Assembly (NCBI GenBank): GCA_964486995.1
Contig: CAZAOV010000006.1
Coordinates: 166 to 64,165, forward strand
Length of the DNA stretch: 64,000 nt
Reading direction: 5' to 3'
Source of the DNA: an uncultured Gammaproteobacteria bacterium
GTDB lineage: Bacteria; Patescibacteriota; Patescibacteriia; SG8-24
Every line of letters starts with the position of its first letter. Within the stretch, counting starts at the first letter, position 1. A model generated the notes under the pieces. It saw only the letters and a list, made by a program, of their open reading frames with translations, did no database searches and was not told the origin of the DNA. Shown piece by piece: positions 36,619 through 46,014 of this stretch. Position numbers and translations under genes: made by a program.

Positions 36619-39174
36619 TTATTGTCTTCCCGCAACGTATGCGGCATCAAAAGCCTCTTCATCATGTTTTTTAATAATTGGATGCGGACTGGCTTCACTT
36701 TCAGGCAGGCCTTCGGACATCATGCTCTCAGCGCGCTGCTCCATCTCCGCCCATTTGTGTTGCGCCTCTGAGCCAAATCGTATCTGGAACAATTTTTGCA
36801 GGGCCGTTCGAGTCTTAGTTTTACGTTTGGATTTAAACAAGTCCTGCAAGCGTTGCTTGTTCTCCGGCCGCATCTGCTTGCCGCCGACCGCCCATGACGC
36901 ATAGCAGCGGAAATAGTTGTACGGTTCCTGGTTGATTGTATCTGGTCGGGCCGAAGTGAACGCCTGCCCGTGGTCAATGGAAACCACGTCACCGTTCGGA
37001 GTGCGTTTCATGTTGCCTGCATGTCCATCAATGTCCCTAACCAGCCCTCGCACCAACACGACGTCTTCCAGTTTTTCGACAAACTGTTCGTTTCGTCGGG
37101 CTAGGTCGCCCCAGGGAATGTTCGCCAGAGCCTCACTCGGATACCATTCTTGGAAATTGGTGGCGCCCTCCGCCGCGATTCGGTCAACCGACGGTACGAC
37201 ATTGGTTTTGCCCAGCGCAACAGCCATGTCCGTGGTCATGCTTTCTGCTTTTAACGAGTATCCGTAGGCGTATGTTTCTGGGGTTTGGATTGCGCGCAAT
37301 TCTTTTGACGCAGCCTTGCCGACTGCCGGCAAAATCATTCCGTCGAAATAGTTTCTGGTCGGTGCAGTTATGCCGGAATCATCTCCCAAGTCCTGTACCT
37401 CGTCTATGTCGGCTTCATACAAGCGATTCTCTATTTGTTCTCGCTCATCGATATAGTCTTTAAGCTCCGGGCTTTCCTCTTTGATGGCGTCGTACAGTTC
37501 TTGTCGAGCTCGGCGGGTCGCTTCGAATTCAGCGGCCAATTCTTTTTCTGCGGCCAGCCTGGTTTGCTCAACAGCCGCACCTTGCATCTCCAGAGCAGTT
37601 TTTAGTTCCGTGACGTCAGCTGCCGTATTTGGGTCAGCTTCGGCTTGCGCTAAGGCCTGCTCAAAAATATTCTGCGCCTGCAATATCGGGCCGGCCACAT
37701 CAACCATTCGTTTGCCGGGCGTATTGGAATTGCGAATCGCCACATCGGCAAACTGAAAACCCGGTCCGCCACTGAATTGACTGGCCAGTTCGGGCGGCAT
37801 TTTTTTGGCGGCTTCGTATAGCGCGTAACTGGCGGTCTTAAGTGTTTCAATGATGGTACGGTTATCACTGTCCGGTCCACGTTCATATTTTGCGGTCAGC
37901 TCTTTAATCTGATCAGAGTCGAATTTGGTTCGGTCAATCTTCAGCCCCATATCTATCAGGACCTTTTCTCTGGCGTCACCTTTCGGTATCGAACTCAATA
38001 GCCGCTCAGTTTGTTTTTTCGAAACCGGCAGGGTGTTGTAGATGTCGCGGAACCGGTCTGGATGCTCCAGCACCAGTGCGTTGGCTATGTCGATATTTTC
38101 CTCGTTGTTGGTAAAGCCATAGACTCGTAGCCGTTCAGAGATGGTTTGTCGTTGCAAAAGCGAGATTCCGTCCAGAGCCTTGGCGCTGCCCCGGATTTCT
38201 CCGGCACCGAACAAAAGCTCCAGCCGATCCGGACGTTCGGCCAATATGTCACCCAGCTCGGTCAGCTGCCCGTCGATGTCATCCCCCGATTTGGCGTCAC
38301 GAATGGTATCGGCCATTATGTTCCATGTGGTTCGCCAGCTTTCAAAATCGGTGCGGTTTGACATGAGTTCCAGCATGTCACCGTTATTAGTTTTCATGGC
38401 ATCTTGTTTGCCCAGTGCGTCTATGACTTCGATGCTGTCCTCAGAGGCTCTTTTTAGAATTTTGTACAAATCATCGGACGACAGGTCATATTCACTTAGC
38501 CGGCTTAGGTCAGCGGGATTTTCTACGATATTTAGGGCCACTTTTTTTATGGTTGTGGGGTTTGGCCCCGCCGCGCTCAGCTCTTGCCAGGCCTGTTCGC
38601 GTTCAGCCTCTTCCTCTTCACGCATGGCTTGCTCGATACGTTCCGCCATGGCGCGTTTTCTTTCCGACTTTTTCTCATCTTCACTTTCTTCCAGGTCGGC
38701 TTCTTCAGCGTCTGTGATTTTGCTTCCTTCCAGATATTCGGACAGCCCTTCGATTTCAGGCGTCATCTGCTCATCAACAGTTTTCTCTGCAGAATCGGCG
38801 GATACATTAATGAGTGGCTCAGCTCCTGTTTCTTCAACTTCAATTGGGATGCCTTCAAATAAACCGTCCAAGCTTTGGATGATTTCGTTTTGTTCCTTAT
38901 CTAGTTCGCGAATTTGATTTTGAGCCTTCTGCACCTTTTGCGGGCCGAGCAGGTCAATCGCATCGGTCATGGCTTCTAGCGCTTCATCGATCTCCTGACG
39001 TTTCAGTTCCGCATCACTAATTAGGGTGTCACGCCTTTGTCTGGGCGACTCCTGTTCAGCTTTTCTGTCTTGGCGCTCACGCAATGCCTCGGTGTCAATT
39101 TTTCTGTATTCACCGGACGGTTTGTCCGTCGCGTTGGGGGTGCCGCTATCTTTAAGGGGGTTCTTTGCGCTCAT
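36619..39174 (-). CDS. Large acidic coiled-coil protein with C-terminal PI3/4-kinase/HipA-like domain
   Basis: DIDGHAGN (catalytic loop D-x-H-x-x-N) and SIDHGQAF (DFG equivalent); PAVGK and LG-x-x-x-VVP upstream. Confidence 0.7.
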   Translation of the reverse strand: MSAKNPLKDSGTPNATDKPSGEYRKIDTEALRERQDRKAEQESPRQRRDTLISDAELKRQEIDEALEAMTDAIDLLGPQKVQKAQNQIRELDKEQNEIIQSLDGLFEGIPIEVEETGAEPLINVSADSAEKTVDEQMTPEIEGLSEYLEGSKITDAEEADLEESEDEKKSERKRAMAERIEQAMREEEEAEREQAWQELSAAGPNPTTIKKVALNIVENPADLSRLSEYDLSSDDLYKILKRASEDSIEVIDALGKQDAMKTNNGDMLELMSNRTDFESWRTTWNIMADTIRDAKSGDDIDGQLTELGDILAERPDRLELLFGAGEIRGSAKALDGISLLQRQTISERLRVYGFTNNEENIDIANALVLEHPDRFRDIYNTLPVSKKQTERLLSSIPKGDAREKVLIDMGLKIDRTKFDSDQIKELTAKYERGPDSDNRTIIETLKTASYALYEAAKKMPPELASQFSGGPGFQFADVAIRNSNTPGKRMVDVAGPILQAQNIFEQALAQAEADPNTAADVTELKTALEMQGAAVEQTRLAAEKELAAEFEATRRARQELYDAIKEESPELKDYIDEREQIENRLYEADIDEVQDLGDDSGITAPTRNYFDGMILPAVGKAASKELRAIQTPETYAYGYSLKAESMTTDMAVALGKTNVVPSVDRIAAEGATNFQEWYPSEALANIPWGDLARRNEQFVEKLEDVVLVRGLVRDIDGHAGNMKRTPNGDVVSIDHGQAFTSARPDTINQEPYNYFRCYASWAVGGKQMRPENKQRLQDLFKSKRKTKTRTALQKLFQIRFGSEAQHKWAEMEQRAESMMSEGLPESEASPHPIIKKHDEEAFDAAYVAGRQ

Positions 39175-39428
39175 GACTGTTCCAGTTCCTTACGGGCCTT
39201 TTCAACCCGTGCGGTTTCGACCTCTTCGGTCAGGCCGCGGATGATTTCTTGTTTTTGCTGATGGATTTCGTTGAGTCGGCGCTCGGCGTCTTCGAAGCGT
39301 CGCATCATCTGCTCGCGAATCTCATCTTGTTGGTCTTCCTTCTTTTTAGGCATAGTTGGAACGGGTAATAGAGGTCGGCGAAAAATGCTGGCTAGCGGCA
39401 ATAATAATTGTTTTATGGCGCGAAACAT
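39171..39428 (-). CDS. Small coiled-coil protein coupled to the kinase-like gene (start may be 39353)
   Basis: Stop overlaps the ATG of the 851-aa gene (ATGA); heptad-like charged helix. Confidence 0.6.
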   Translation of the reverse strand: MFRAIKQLLLPLASIFRRPLLPVPTMPKKKEDQQDEIREQMMRRFEDAERRLNEIHQQKQEIIRGLTEEVETARVEKARKELEQS

Positions 39429-39652
39429 ATTAGCTCGCGGGTTCGGTTATGTTGGGCCTGTCGTTGGCCGGATTATTTACGGCGCACGATACTTCGTAGG
39501 TGCGCATATTATTGTCTGGATATACTGTCATCAGCCCAAGTACATCATTCAGCACATATGTAGAAGAATATACCAACATTACGGTTAGGGACAATTGTTT
39601 TGACTGGCGGGTTGGCGTGCTGTAGGGTTATTTTTTGACATGGGAGGTCAGC

Positions 39653-40084
39653 ATGTTCTTAAAAAATGTATTCGTTTCACTGGTGGTGTTGGGCGTTGCC
39701 GTGTTGATGTCTGCTTGCGCGATGGATGATTGTGGTGTTACTCAGGTTGACCGGGCGGCAAGCAGCATCAAGGCTGCATGTGACGCCAGAACCGGGTTGT
39801 GTTTTGTTTATTCGGTAGAGCGAGGCGGTTCTCGCTACGGCTTGTCTCAGCTGGATTGTGAGACTGTGGAGCATTCGTTGGCGCGGCATCATGGGGCGAG
39901 TTCGAAATTGATGGGTCAGTTGAGGTATGGCCGGTTGACTGGTGTTGCTGATCGTTCGGTTTGTTTGGCGTATGCGGAAGGTGATGGTGGCAACATGAGG
40001 TCCAACTTGGCTGTGGTTCCGTGTGAGCCGGTGTTGCGGGCTTGGGAGAGTTCCGATTTGCCGCTCAGACAGCTTTATCCTTGA
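39653..40084 (+). CDS. Lipoprotein with internally repeated Cys-containing domain
   Basis: Lipobox LMSAC; TGLCFVYS/RSVCLAYA and LSQLDCETV/LAVVPCEPV repeats; SD GGGAGG; promoter TTGACT-N17-TAGGGT at 39600-39628. Confidence 0.75.
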   Translation: MFLKNVFVSLVVLGVAVLMSACAMDDCGVTQVDRAASSIKAACDARTGLCFVYSVERGGSRYGLSQLDCETVEHSLARHHGASSKLMGQLRYGRLTGVADRSVCLAYAEGDGGNMRSNLAVVPCEPVLRAWESSDLPLRQLYP

Positions 40085-40413
40085 GTCACCTGTTTTAATC
40101 CTGCGACCGTAGGATAGTTGATATTTCCCGCTCTCTAAGGGCGGGTTTTTTTGTCTTAGCGTCGCGGGCCCGCCGGCGCCTACGCCGCTCTTTTTTTAGA
40201 GCGACTTTACGGCGTCCCTTGTCCATCTGCTTTGCATTGACCGTGACCGCTCGGGAGCGTGGATCAAATCTGTTTACTCTATATTTATCGCACTCCACCC
40301 CTTGACAAGTCCTCCCCAATATGTTAGGTTTCCATGTCCCTTATGGGACTTTCCCCGCGAGGGGTGAGTTCTTTTTTTCAAAGTAATCGCGGAAACGCGA
40401 TAGAGGAGGAGAG

Positions 40414-41466
40414 ATGAACATTTTGATGGCAATCTTGGTCGCGGTGGCGCTCTTGGCCGTTCTGGCCTCCAGTACGCTCCTGTTCCTGTTCATCGTCACC
40501 GGTTCTAAGCCGGAGTCTGATGAGGGGGCCGAAACCGAGTCCGAAACCGCTTCTGATTCGAAGCAGAACAAGAGCCTGGATTTGGCGCTGGTGTCCGAGA
40601 TCAACGAACCCGCGGTAATCAACACCGTGGATCCGTTCACGGGCTACATGCTCGACGACGAAGATAGGGTGCAGTTCACCTTGACGTTGCCGGGTGATCA
40701 GCGCATCATCTTGGCGGTGTCGTCTATGGTCGCCAGCATGCTGTCAAGCAGTCGACTGCGGCAATACGCCAGCGCGCTGCGTGAGCTCGAGGGTAACTAC
40801 TCGGTTCAGTGTTGTGTGCTCGAAGATGGCGAGATGCGCGAGGTTCCGGGGGCTGATCTGTACAACATCATCGTTGGCAGCGGCATACTGGTCGAACGGC
40901 TCAACCAGATTGACGAACTGCGCGAGCAGGCCGCCGAAGCAACCGAGTCCGAGAATGTGTCGGAAGAGGGTGCGGATGACGACGTCGACGACGAGTCGCA
41001 AGACATGGATTCCGGCATCAGCCCGGATTCCGTGATGACCGCGCGGACCACATCGCCCGACGGAAGCGGTCTGATGGACTTGCCGATTGACGAGCCAGCG
41101 CGTGATTTGCTTGAGTCGGACGAAGAGTCCGAAGCCGAGGCCGTGGCCGAGCAAAATGAGAGTGCGGCCGCTCAGGAGGTTGATAATGTTGAGCCTCCCG
41201 AGGCCAACGAGGATTTGTTTGTCGAGGTGGCGGTCAATCGTTTGGTGGAAGCCGCTATGCTGAGTGCGCCGGAGAAGGTCGAGGATGCGATGCCGGCCTC
41301 GGGTATGGAAGCCCTGGCTCAGATGATTCGTTCGGACGAAATCGCTCAAGATGACCTCCGCTGGAATAACCTCACTCCAGTTCCGAGGCGCATCATGAGT
41401 CCCTCCGACGCTGTCCCGCCAGTTCCGCCATCTGACTTCGATCCAAACACTGGCCTCAACGACTAG
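40414..41466 (+). CDS. Membrane-anchored acidic low-complexity protein
   Basis: N-terminal TM; D/E-rich; SD AGGAGG; promoter TTGACA-N17-TAGGTT at 40302-40330. Confidence 0.75.
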   Translation: MNILMAILVAVALLAVLASSTLLFLFIVTGSKPESDEGAETESETASDSKQNKSLDLALVSEINEPAVINTVDPFTGYMLDDEDRVQFTLTLPGDQRIILAVSSMVASMLSSSRLRQYASALRELEGNYSVQCCVLEDGEMREVPGADLYNIIVGSGILVERLNQIDELREQAAEATESENVSEEGADDDVDDESQDMDSGISPDSVMTARTTSPDGSGLMDLPIDEPARDLLESDEESEAEAVAEQNESAAAQEVDNVEPPEANEDLFVEVAVNRLVEAAMLSAPEKVEDAMPASGMEALAQMIRSDEIAQDDLRWNNLTPVPRRIMSPSDAVPPVPPSDFDPNTGLND

Positions 41467-41610
41467 TTCTCAATACAGCATCAGGCGAAAGTGCTGCCTC
41501 GAACGGGTTGACAAATCGCCGAAAGGTTGTATAATGACGCTTCTTGCTTAGCAAGGGGCGTCTTTTTTGCCAAAGTGATTTGGTGGATTGACTTCGGTAT
41601 GGAGGAGGGA

Positions 41611-42351
41611 ATGGAGGAGCTCTTTAGAAATGAAAACCTGCAGCTTGCGCTGATTCCGGTTGCGGGCATGCTGTTGTTCTTTCTGTTCATCGGATTTGTC
41701 GGGGTGATTGCTCATTTGGCGCCAGAGTCAAGGTACACAAGTCGGCGTCGCAGCGACCGGTCACATGCGCAACAACAACCGATACGACGACCGTCCAGAG
41801 TGCCGTACACGGTAGCGCGACCGTTACAGAGGAACGGACATGCATATCCGCAGATGAGAGGGAACGGCGTGCCGTACTGGCAGCTTAAGACTCTACCAGC
41901 CATGGTTCAGCCGCCACCGCCCGCACTGCCAGAGTCATCACTTCCGCAGCTGTGCGCACATGACGACGATGAAGACGATGATGAGCCTACAAATCCGTTC
42001 ATTAACGTGAATCGCCTGTCGGCAAGGGAAGAAATCGTCTTGACCGGTGTGCCGGTTTACCCGACCCTAATTCCTGCCGATGCGACAGGCCAGCTGCTGA
42101 AAAGGCTTCTGTCGGAAAGCGACGCCGCTGATTGGCTTCGGGCGATTCTGCTTCGCGACGAGATTCCGGTCGGTTATCCGGGCATGGATTACTCGGAATG
42201 CGTCTGCGAACAAATTTCCGAGCAGGAAATTGAAGAAATGCTCGATCTCGAGTGCGCCACCGAAACTGTGGAAACGCGAGACCTGAACGAGGAAGAAGAA
42301 AAAATGCTGGCCGGGTTTGTTTATGCGACTCCGGTCGTGATGATTGAATGA
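41611..42351 (+). CDS. Membrane-anchored protein with basic/Pro-rich then acidic tail
   Basis: SD GGAGGAGG before ATG 41611; promoter TTGACA-N16-TATAAT at 41508-41535. Confidence 0.7.
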   Translation: MEELFRNENLQLALIPVAGMLLFFLFIGFVGVIAHLAPESRYTSRRRSDRSHAQQQPIRRPSRVPYTVARPLQRNGHAYPQMRGNGVPYWQLKTLPAMVQPPPPALPESSLPQLCAHDDDEDDDEPTNPFINVNRLSAREEIVLTGVPVYPTLIPADATGQLLKRLLSESDAADWLRAILLRDEIPVGYPGMDYSECVCEQISEQEIEEMLDLECATETVETRDLNEEEEKMLAGFVYATPVVMIE

Positions 42352-42378
42352 TGCAAAAAGAGAGTGCGTAATGCGCTC

Positions 42379-43053
42379 TCATTTTTTATTGCTTTTTTTG
42401 TTGTTGCTGCGCCGCATGCGCGTGAGAAAACTAGGCAGTCGCGGCAGCAGGTATTTGGCTATGCGCGGCATCGACTTGTCCAGTATTTCCGGCAGCATGT
42501 CAGCCATGATGCTCGGCAAATCCTTTGAGTGCTCGATCATCTTGTTGGCCAACAGCTCGGTGGATTTGGCCACGAAGCGTTTGTGCACCGCAGGTGGCAG
42601 GAAGCGCCGCACCGCATGCTCCCAGCCTCTGGGTCCGACCAACCCCTTTACGAAGCTGGAACTGACGTCAATCATCTCCTGCGGCGAGGCCATGAGCCAA
42701 GTCTGGATATGTGGCGCACGGTCGGAGTTGAAATGGAACATACGGTTCTCATACTCAAAGTCGTTCGCGTTCCGCAAACCACGGAAGATGACGTTCGCAC
42801 CAACCGAATCCGCGTAGTCTACCAGATACTCACCAACGAACTGCGTGACCTCGACGTTGGCCAGGTCATTGGTCATATCGCGGAGCATGTTCAGGCGTTC
42901 CTGCACCGAAAACGTATCTTTCTTGTCCGGGTTCACGCCTACCGTCACGATCAGCTTAGTGGCTACGTGAGCACAGTACCTGATTGCGTATTCATGACCT
43001 ACTGTCGGAGGGTCGAATGATCCGGCGTAAACGCCGATGATGTCTTTGGCCAT
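42379..43053 (-). CDS. coaD: Phosphopantetheine adenylyltransferase with C-terminal extension
   Basis: YAGSFDPPTVGH, NPDKK, FRGLRNANDFEYE, VSSSFVK; SD AAGGAGG. Confidence 0.92.
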   Translation of the reverse strand: MAKDIIGVYAGSFDPPTVGHEYAIRYCAHVATKLIVTVGVNPDKKDTFSVQERLNMLRDMTNDLANVEVTQFVGEYLVDYADSVGANVIFRGLRNANDFEYENRMFHFNSDRAPHIQTWLMASPQEMIDVSSSFVKGLVGPRGWEHAVRRFLPPAVHKRFVAKSTELLANKMIEHSKDLPSIMADMLPEILDKSMPRIAKYLLPRLPSFLTRMRRSNNKKSNKK

Positions 43054-43335
43054 TGAGGGCCTCCTTGCGGTAAAGAACAGCGGGTTATTGTGGCAGATTT
43101 AAGCTGCTGGGTCAAGGGTTATTTTCTGGTGACGGGCTCCAGAAAATATCTTCAAATCGCCGCATATGCTGGCCTGAACGAAGAAGCAGTTCGCATCAGT
43201 CGTGCCATGATGCTGTTGACCGCATGCGTGCCGATTGCCGTGACCGATGTTGAGCCGGTCACCTGGACGGTGCTGGCGGGTTGACAGATATTGTCAGCTT
43301 AGTACGTTTCAAACAGGTTCTTGTTCGGAGGAAAG

Positions 43336-43998
43336 ATGACCATTAGCAGAGACAGGCTGTGTCAGTTTCTTTTGAGCTTTGGCGTGGTTTCGCATAAAGC
43401 GGACGATGCCATGAATAATTTGGAAGAATTCTTTTTGGCGGCAGAGTCCAGGCGTGTTGACCTTACGCCTCGGGGCGAGGTGGACAAGCTCGGTCTGCTG
43501 CGGGCAGCCAGGAATGTGTTGCACGACAACACGCCAGGCGAAACGCGCGGCTTCACGGTAAAGAGTCTGTTGACTGTGCCGGTGCTGCAAGCGCAATCCA
43601 TTCAGTCGAAGAGCGTGGGGAGTGTGCGACCGACCGATTGGCCGCCCAAGGGTCTCAGTTCGTTCGGCATTTCCGCGCTCTTGTACCTGCGTTACTCTGG
43701 TGACGTGGCGTCTGGGACGTTCGGTTCGGTGCATGTGGCGGTGCATGAGTCGCTGCTTGGCGAGTTGCGTCACGCAGCACTGCCGGACGGCGGATTGCTC
43801 GGCGGCAGCTGGATTGTTCCCTTTACCACTATCACCGACTCGGTATTTTTCTACCTGTCGATGATGATCGCGGAAAAGATGGATTACAGCGATGAACTGG
43901 GGCGGTTCGTTCGTCACATGCCGGGTGCGATACCCGTGGGTTTTCGCAGCAATGACAGTCATCGAGTGTCCGGTGACATGGTCGTGCTCTGCGGTTGA
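43336..43998 (+). CDS. Hypothetical protein, paralog of 63072-63683
   Basis: SD GGAGG; promoter TTGACA-N16-TACGTT at 43281-43308; shared C-terminal motif. Confidence 0.72.
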   Translation: MTISRDRLCQFLLSFGVVSHKADDAMNNLEEFFLAAESRRVDLTPRGEVDKLGLLRAARNVLHDNTPGETRGFTVKSLLTVPVLQAQSIQSKSVGSVRPTDWPPKGLSSFGISALLYLRYSGDVASGTFGSVHVAVHESLLGELRHAALPDGGLLGGSWIVPFTTITDSVFFYLSMMIAEKMDYSDELGRFVRHMPGAIPVGFRSNDSHRVSGDMVVLCG

Positions 43999-44242
43999 TA
44001 GATTAGACCCGCTTTTAGTGGGTCTTTTTTATTGATGAGGAAGCGCGGGAAACAAATTTGTTCGAGTGCGCTGTTGCGCGCGGGAAAAAGCATATTTCCT
44101 TCCATATTACCCACGCCAATCGAAATGCGTCTGTATGTTTTATAAGGTAGACGCCCTTTTCGCTCCGCGTCCCCGGCGGGTTTTTTGCGCGGAACACCCT
44201 CAATAAGCTAAACTTATGACCAAATACTAACCTATCAAAACT

Positions 44243-45004
44243 ATGGGATTTGTTATCGGAACAGCAGTCATAATATTATTCATAATCTTAATCTCTATTC
44301 GGCAGATTAATGAGTACCAGCGTGGTGTTAAATTTCGTCTGGGACGATATATCGGAGTTATGGCGCCGGGCTGGCGACTGGTTATTCCAATTATCGAATC
44401 AATGCAGAGAGTGGACATACGCGTGAAGGCGGTTGACGTTCCAGACCAAGAGGCTATCACAAAGGACAACATTTCGACGCAGATAAATGCGGTAATTTAT
44501 TATAAGGTGAATGAGGCTTCTAAGGCGATAATTGAAGTTGAGGATTACCGTTGGGCCGTGTCGCAGCTGGCGCAGACCACCATGCGTAACGTGGTGGGTG
44601 AGCTGGAGCTTGATGAACTGCTTGCGGATCGCGAGGCCGCTAGTCATCGAATTAAGAGAATTGTGGATACGCTGACTGATCCGTGGGGTATCAAAGTCGA
44701 GAACGTGGAGCTTAAGGATGTGGTCCTGCCAGAAGACATGAAGCGTGTCATCGGCAAACAGGCCGAGGCCGAGCGTGAACGCCGCGCCGTGGTGATTAAA
44801 GCTCAGGGCGAAGTCGAGGCGTCAGAGAATCTGAAGACAGCTGCCGAGACGTTATCTAAAACTACGGGAGCTTTACATCTTCGAACCCTGAATACGCTGA
44901 ACGACTTGTCATCAGACCAATCCAACACCGTGATTTTTGCCTTGCCGCTAGAGGTGCTCCGCGCCTTCGAAGCAGTCGCGGATATGGGTAGGAACGACAA
45001 GTAA
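44243..45004 (+). CDS. SPFH/stomatin-like (slipin) protein
   Basis: EYQRGVKFRLGR, QEAITKDN, LAQTTMRNVVG, WGIKVENVELKD, QAEAERERRA. Confidence 0.93.
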   Translation: MGFVIGTAVIILFIILISIRQINEYQRGVKFRLGRYIGVMAPGWRLVIPIIESMQRVDIRVKAVDVPDQEAITKDNISTQINAVIYYKVNEASKAIIEVEDYRWAVSQLAQTTMRNVVGELELDELLADREAASHRIKRIVDTLTDPWGIKVENVELKDVVLPEDMKRVIGKQAEAERERRAVVIKAQGEVEASENLKTAAETLSKTTGALHLRTLNTLNDLSSDQSNTVIFALPLEVLRAFEAVADMGRNDK

Positions 45005-45224
45005 ACTGCACTCAAAACAAAACCCGGCGCAAGCCGGTTTTTGTGTCCCGGGTTGAACGATGGTGGAACCCGGGGCGTTCTATATCGAATCGAGTGGCAC
45101 GCGTCTTATCTTGGATTTCTAGGGCGATTGTCTTGTGGGAGTTTTGTGTGGGGGGTGCCTGTCCCTGCGCAGGTAGAGGGGTGGAGGGTTTGCTAAGGAA
45201 GGGGAGCCGCCCCAGCGCCATCCA

Positions 45225-45350
45225 AAGATGAACGCGCTTACCTGAAAAACAGTCAGACTTGTTTTGAAGAGTAGCCGCCTTAAAACAAGTCTGACTGTTT
45301 TTTACGCTCCGTGGCGACCGCGACCGTGCGGGCGGGTAAAAGAAAGTTTC
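45225..45350. repeat. Palindromic repeat element, copy B
   Basis: Arms 45245-45265 and 45282-45302, core gaagagtagccgcctt; flanks shared with copy C. Confidence 0.9.
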
Positions 45351-45427
45351 TTACCTCCTTCCACCTCTCTACCTTTACGCTCTCGTAAAAACCCCGTACA
45401 CTTTCTCCATAGAGGTAACTATTTAAT

Positions 45428-45817
45428 ATGACTGCCAAACGAATACTCACCATAGATGACGATCCTTTTTACGAGAAGCTTTATCGCGACATCTTTACCG
45501 CCAAGGGATTTGAGGTAAAACACGCCTTCAATGCTGCTGAAGGCCATGAGTTAGTTCGGAGCTTTCTTCCTGACCTCGTTACGCTGGATATTATGATGCC
45601 GGAAAAGGAGGGCATGATGGACGGCTATGGACTACTAAAGGAATTACGATGTTGTGGTAATGATTGCCAAGATGTGCCGGTTATCATGATTAGCGCTCTA
45701 GGCGAAGTCGGTGACATAAAGCGGGCAGAGGAAATCGGTGCGACTGACTTTATTCCGAAACAAAATCTGACTCCTAAGGCACTGCTCGATGAAGTTAATA
45801 GATTGTTGGGGCAGTAA
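45428..45817 (+). CDS. Single-domain response regulator (receiver)
   Basis: ILTIDDD, PDLVTLDIMMP, VPVIMISA, GATDFIPK. Confidence 0.92.
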   Translation: MTAKRILTIDDDPFYEKLYRDIFTAKGFEVKHAFNAAEGHELVRSFLPDLVTLDIMMPEKEGMMDGYGLLKELRCCGNDCQDVPVIMISALGEVGDIKRAEEIGATDFIPKQNLTPKALLDEVNRLLGQ

Positions 45818-45819
45818 TT

Positions 45820-46014
45820 ATGTCGGACGAGCTAGACAAAAAAATTGACCGCATGGCGGTCCAAATGAATGAGATATATAAATCAGTTGAGCGACTGCGT
45901 AAATTTTTTATGTGGACGTTGATTATCACCGCGGCACTATTTATCTTGCCGTTGATTGGGTTGGCGCTCTTGATTCCGTGGTATTTAAACATGATTAACA
46001 GTCTGGTCGCATGA
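45820..46014 (+). CDS. Small membrane protein
   Basis: Tightly coupled to both neighbours; hydrophobic C-terminal half. Confidence 0.7.
   Translation: MSDELDKKIDRMAVQMNEIYKSVERLRKFFMWTLIITAALFILPLIGLALLIPWYLNMINSLVA

Noticed and set aside
40095-40319. Arg/Lys-rich minus-strand ORF
   Set aside because: Runs through a terminator and T-tracts and overlaps a promoter; composition is explained by non-coding sequence.
33117-44070. Short shared words gtgcaaaaa..cgcggaaac (33118; reverse at ~31068-31092) and gcgggaaacaaattt (~44045)
   Set aside because: Too short and degenerate to call a repeat family by eye; needs a genome-wide test.
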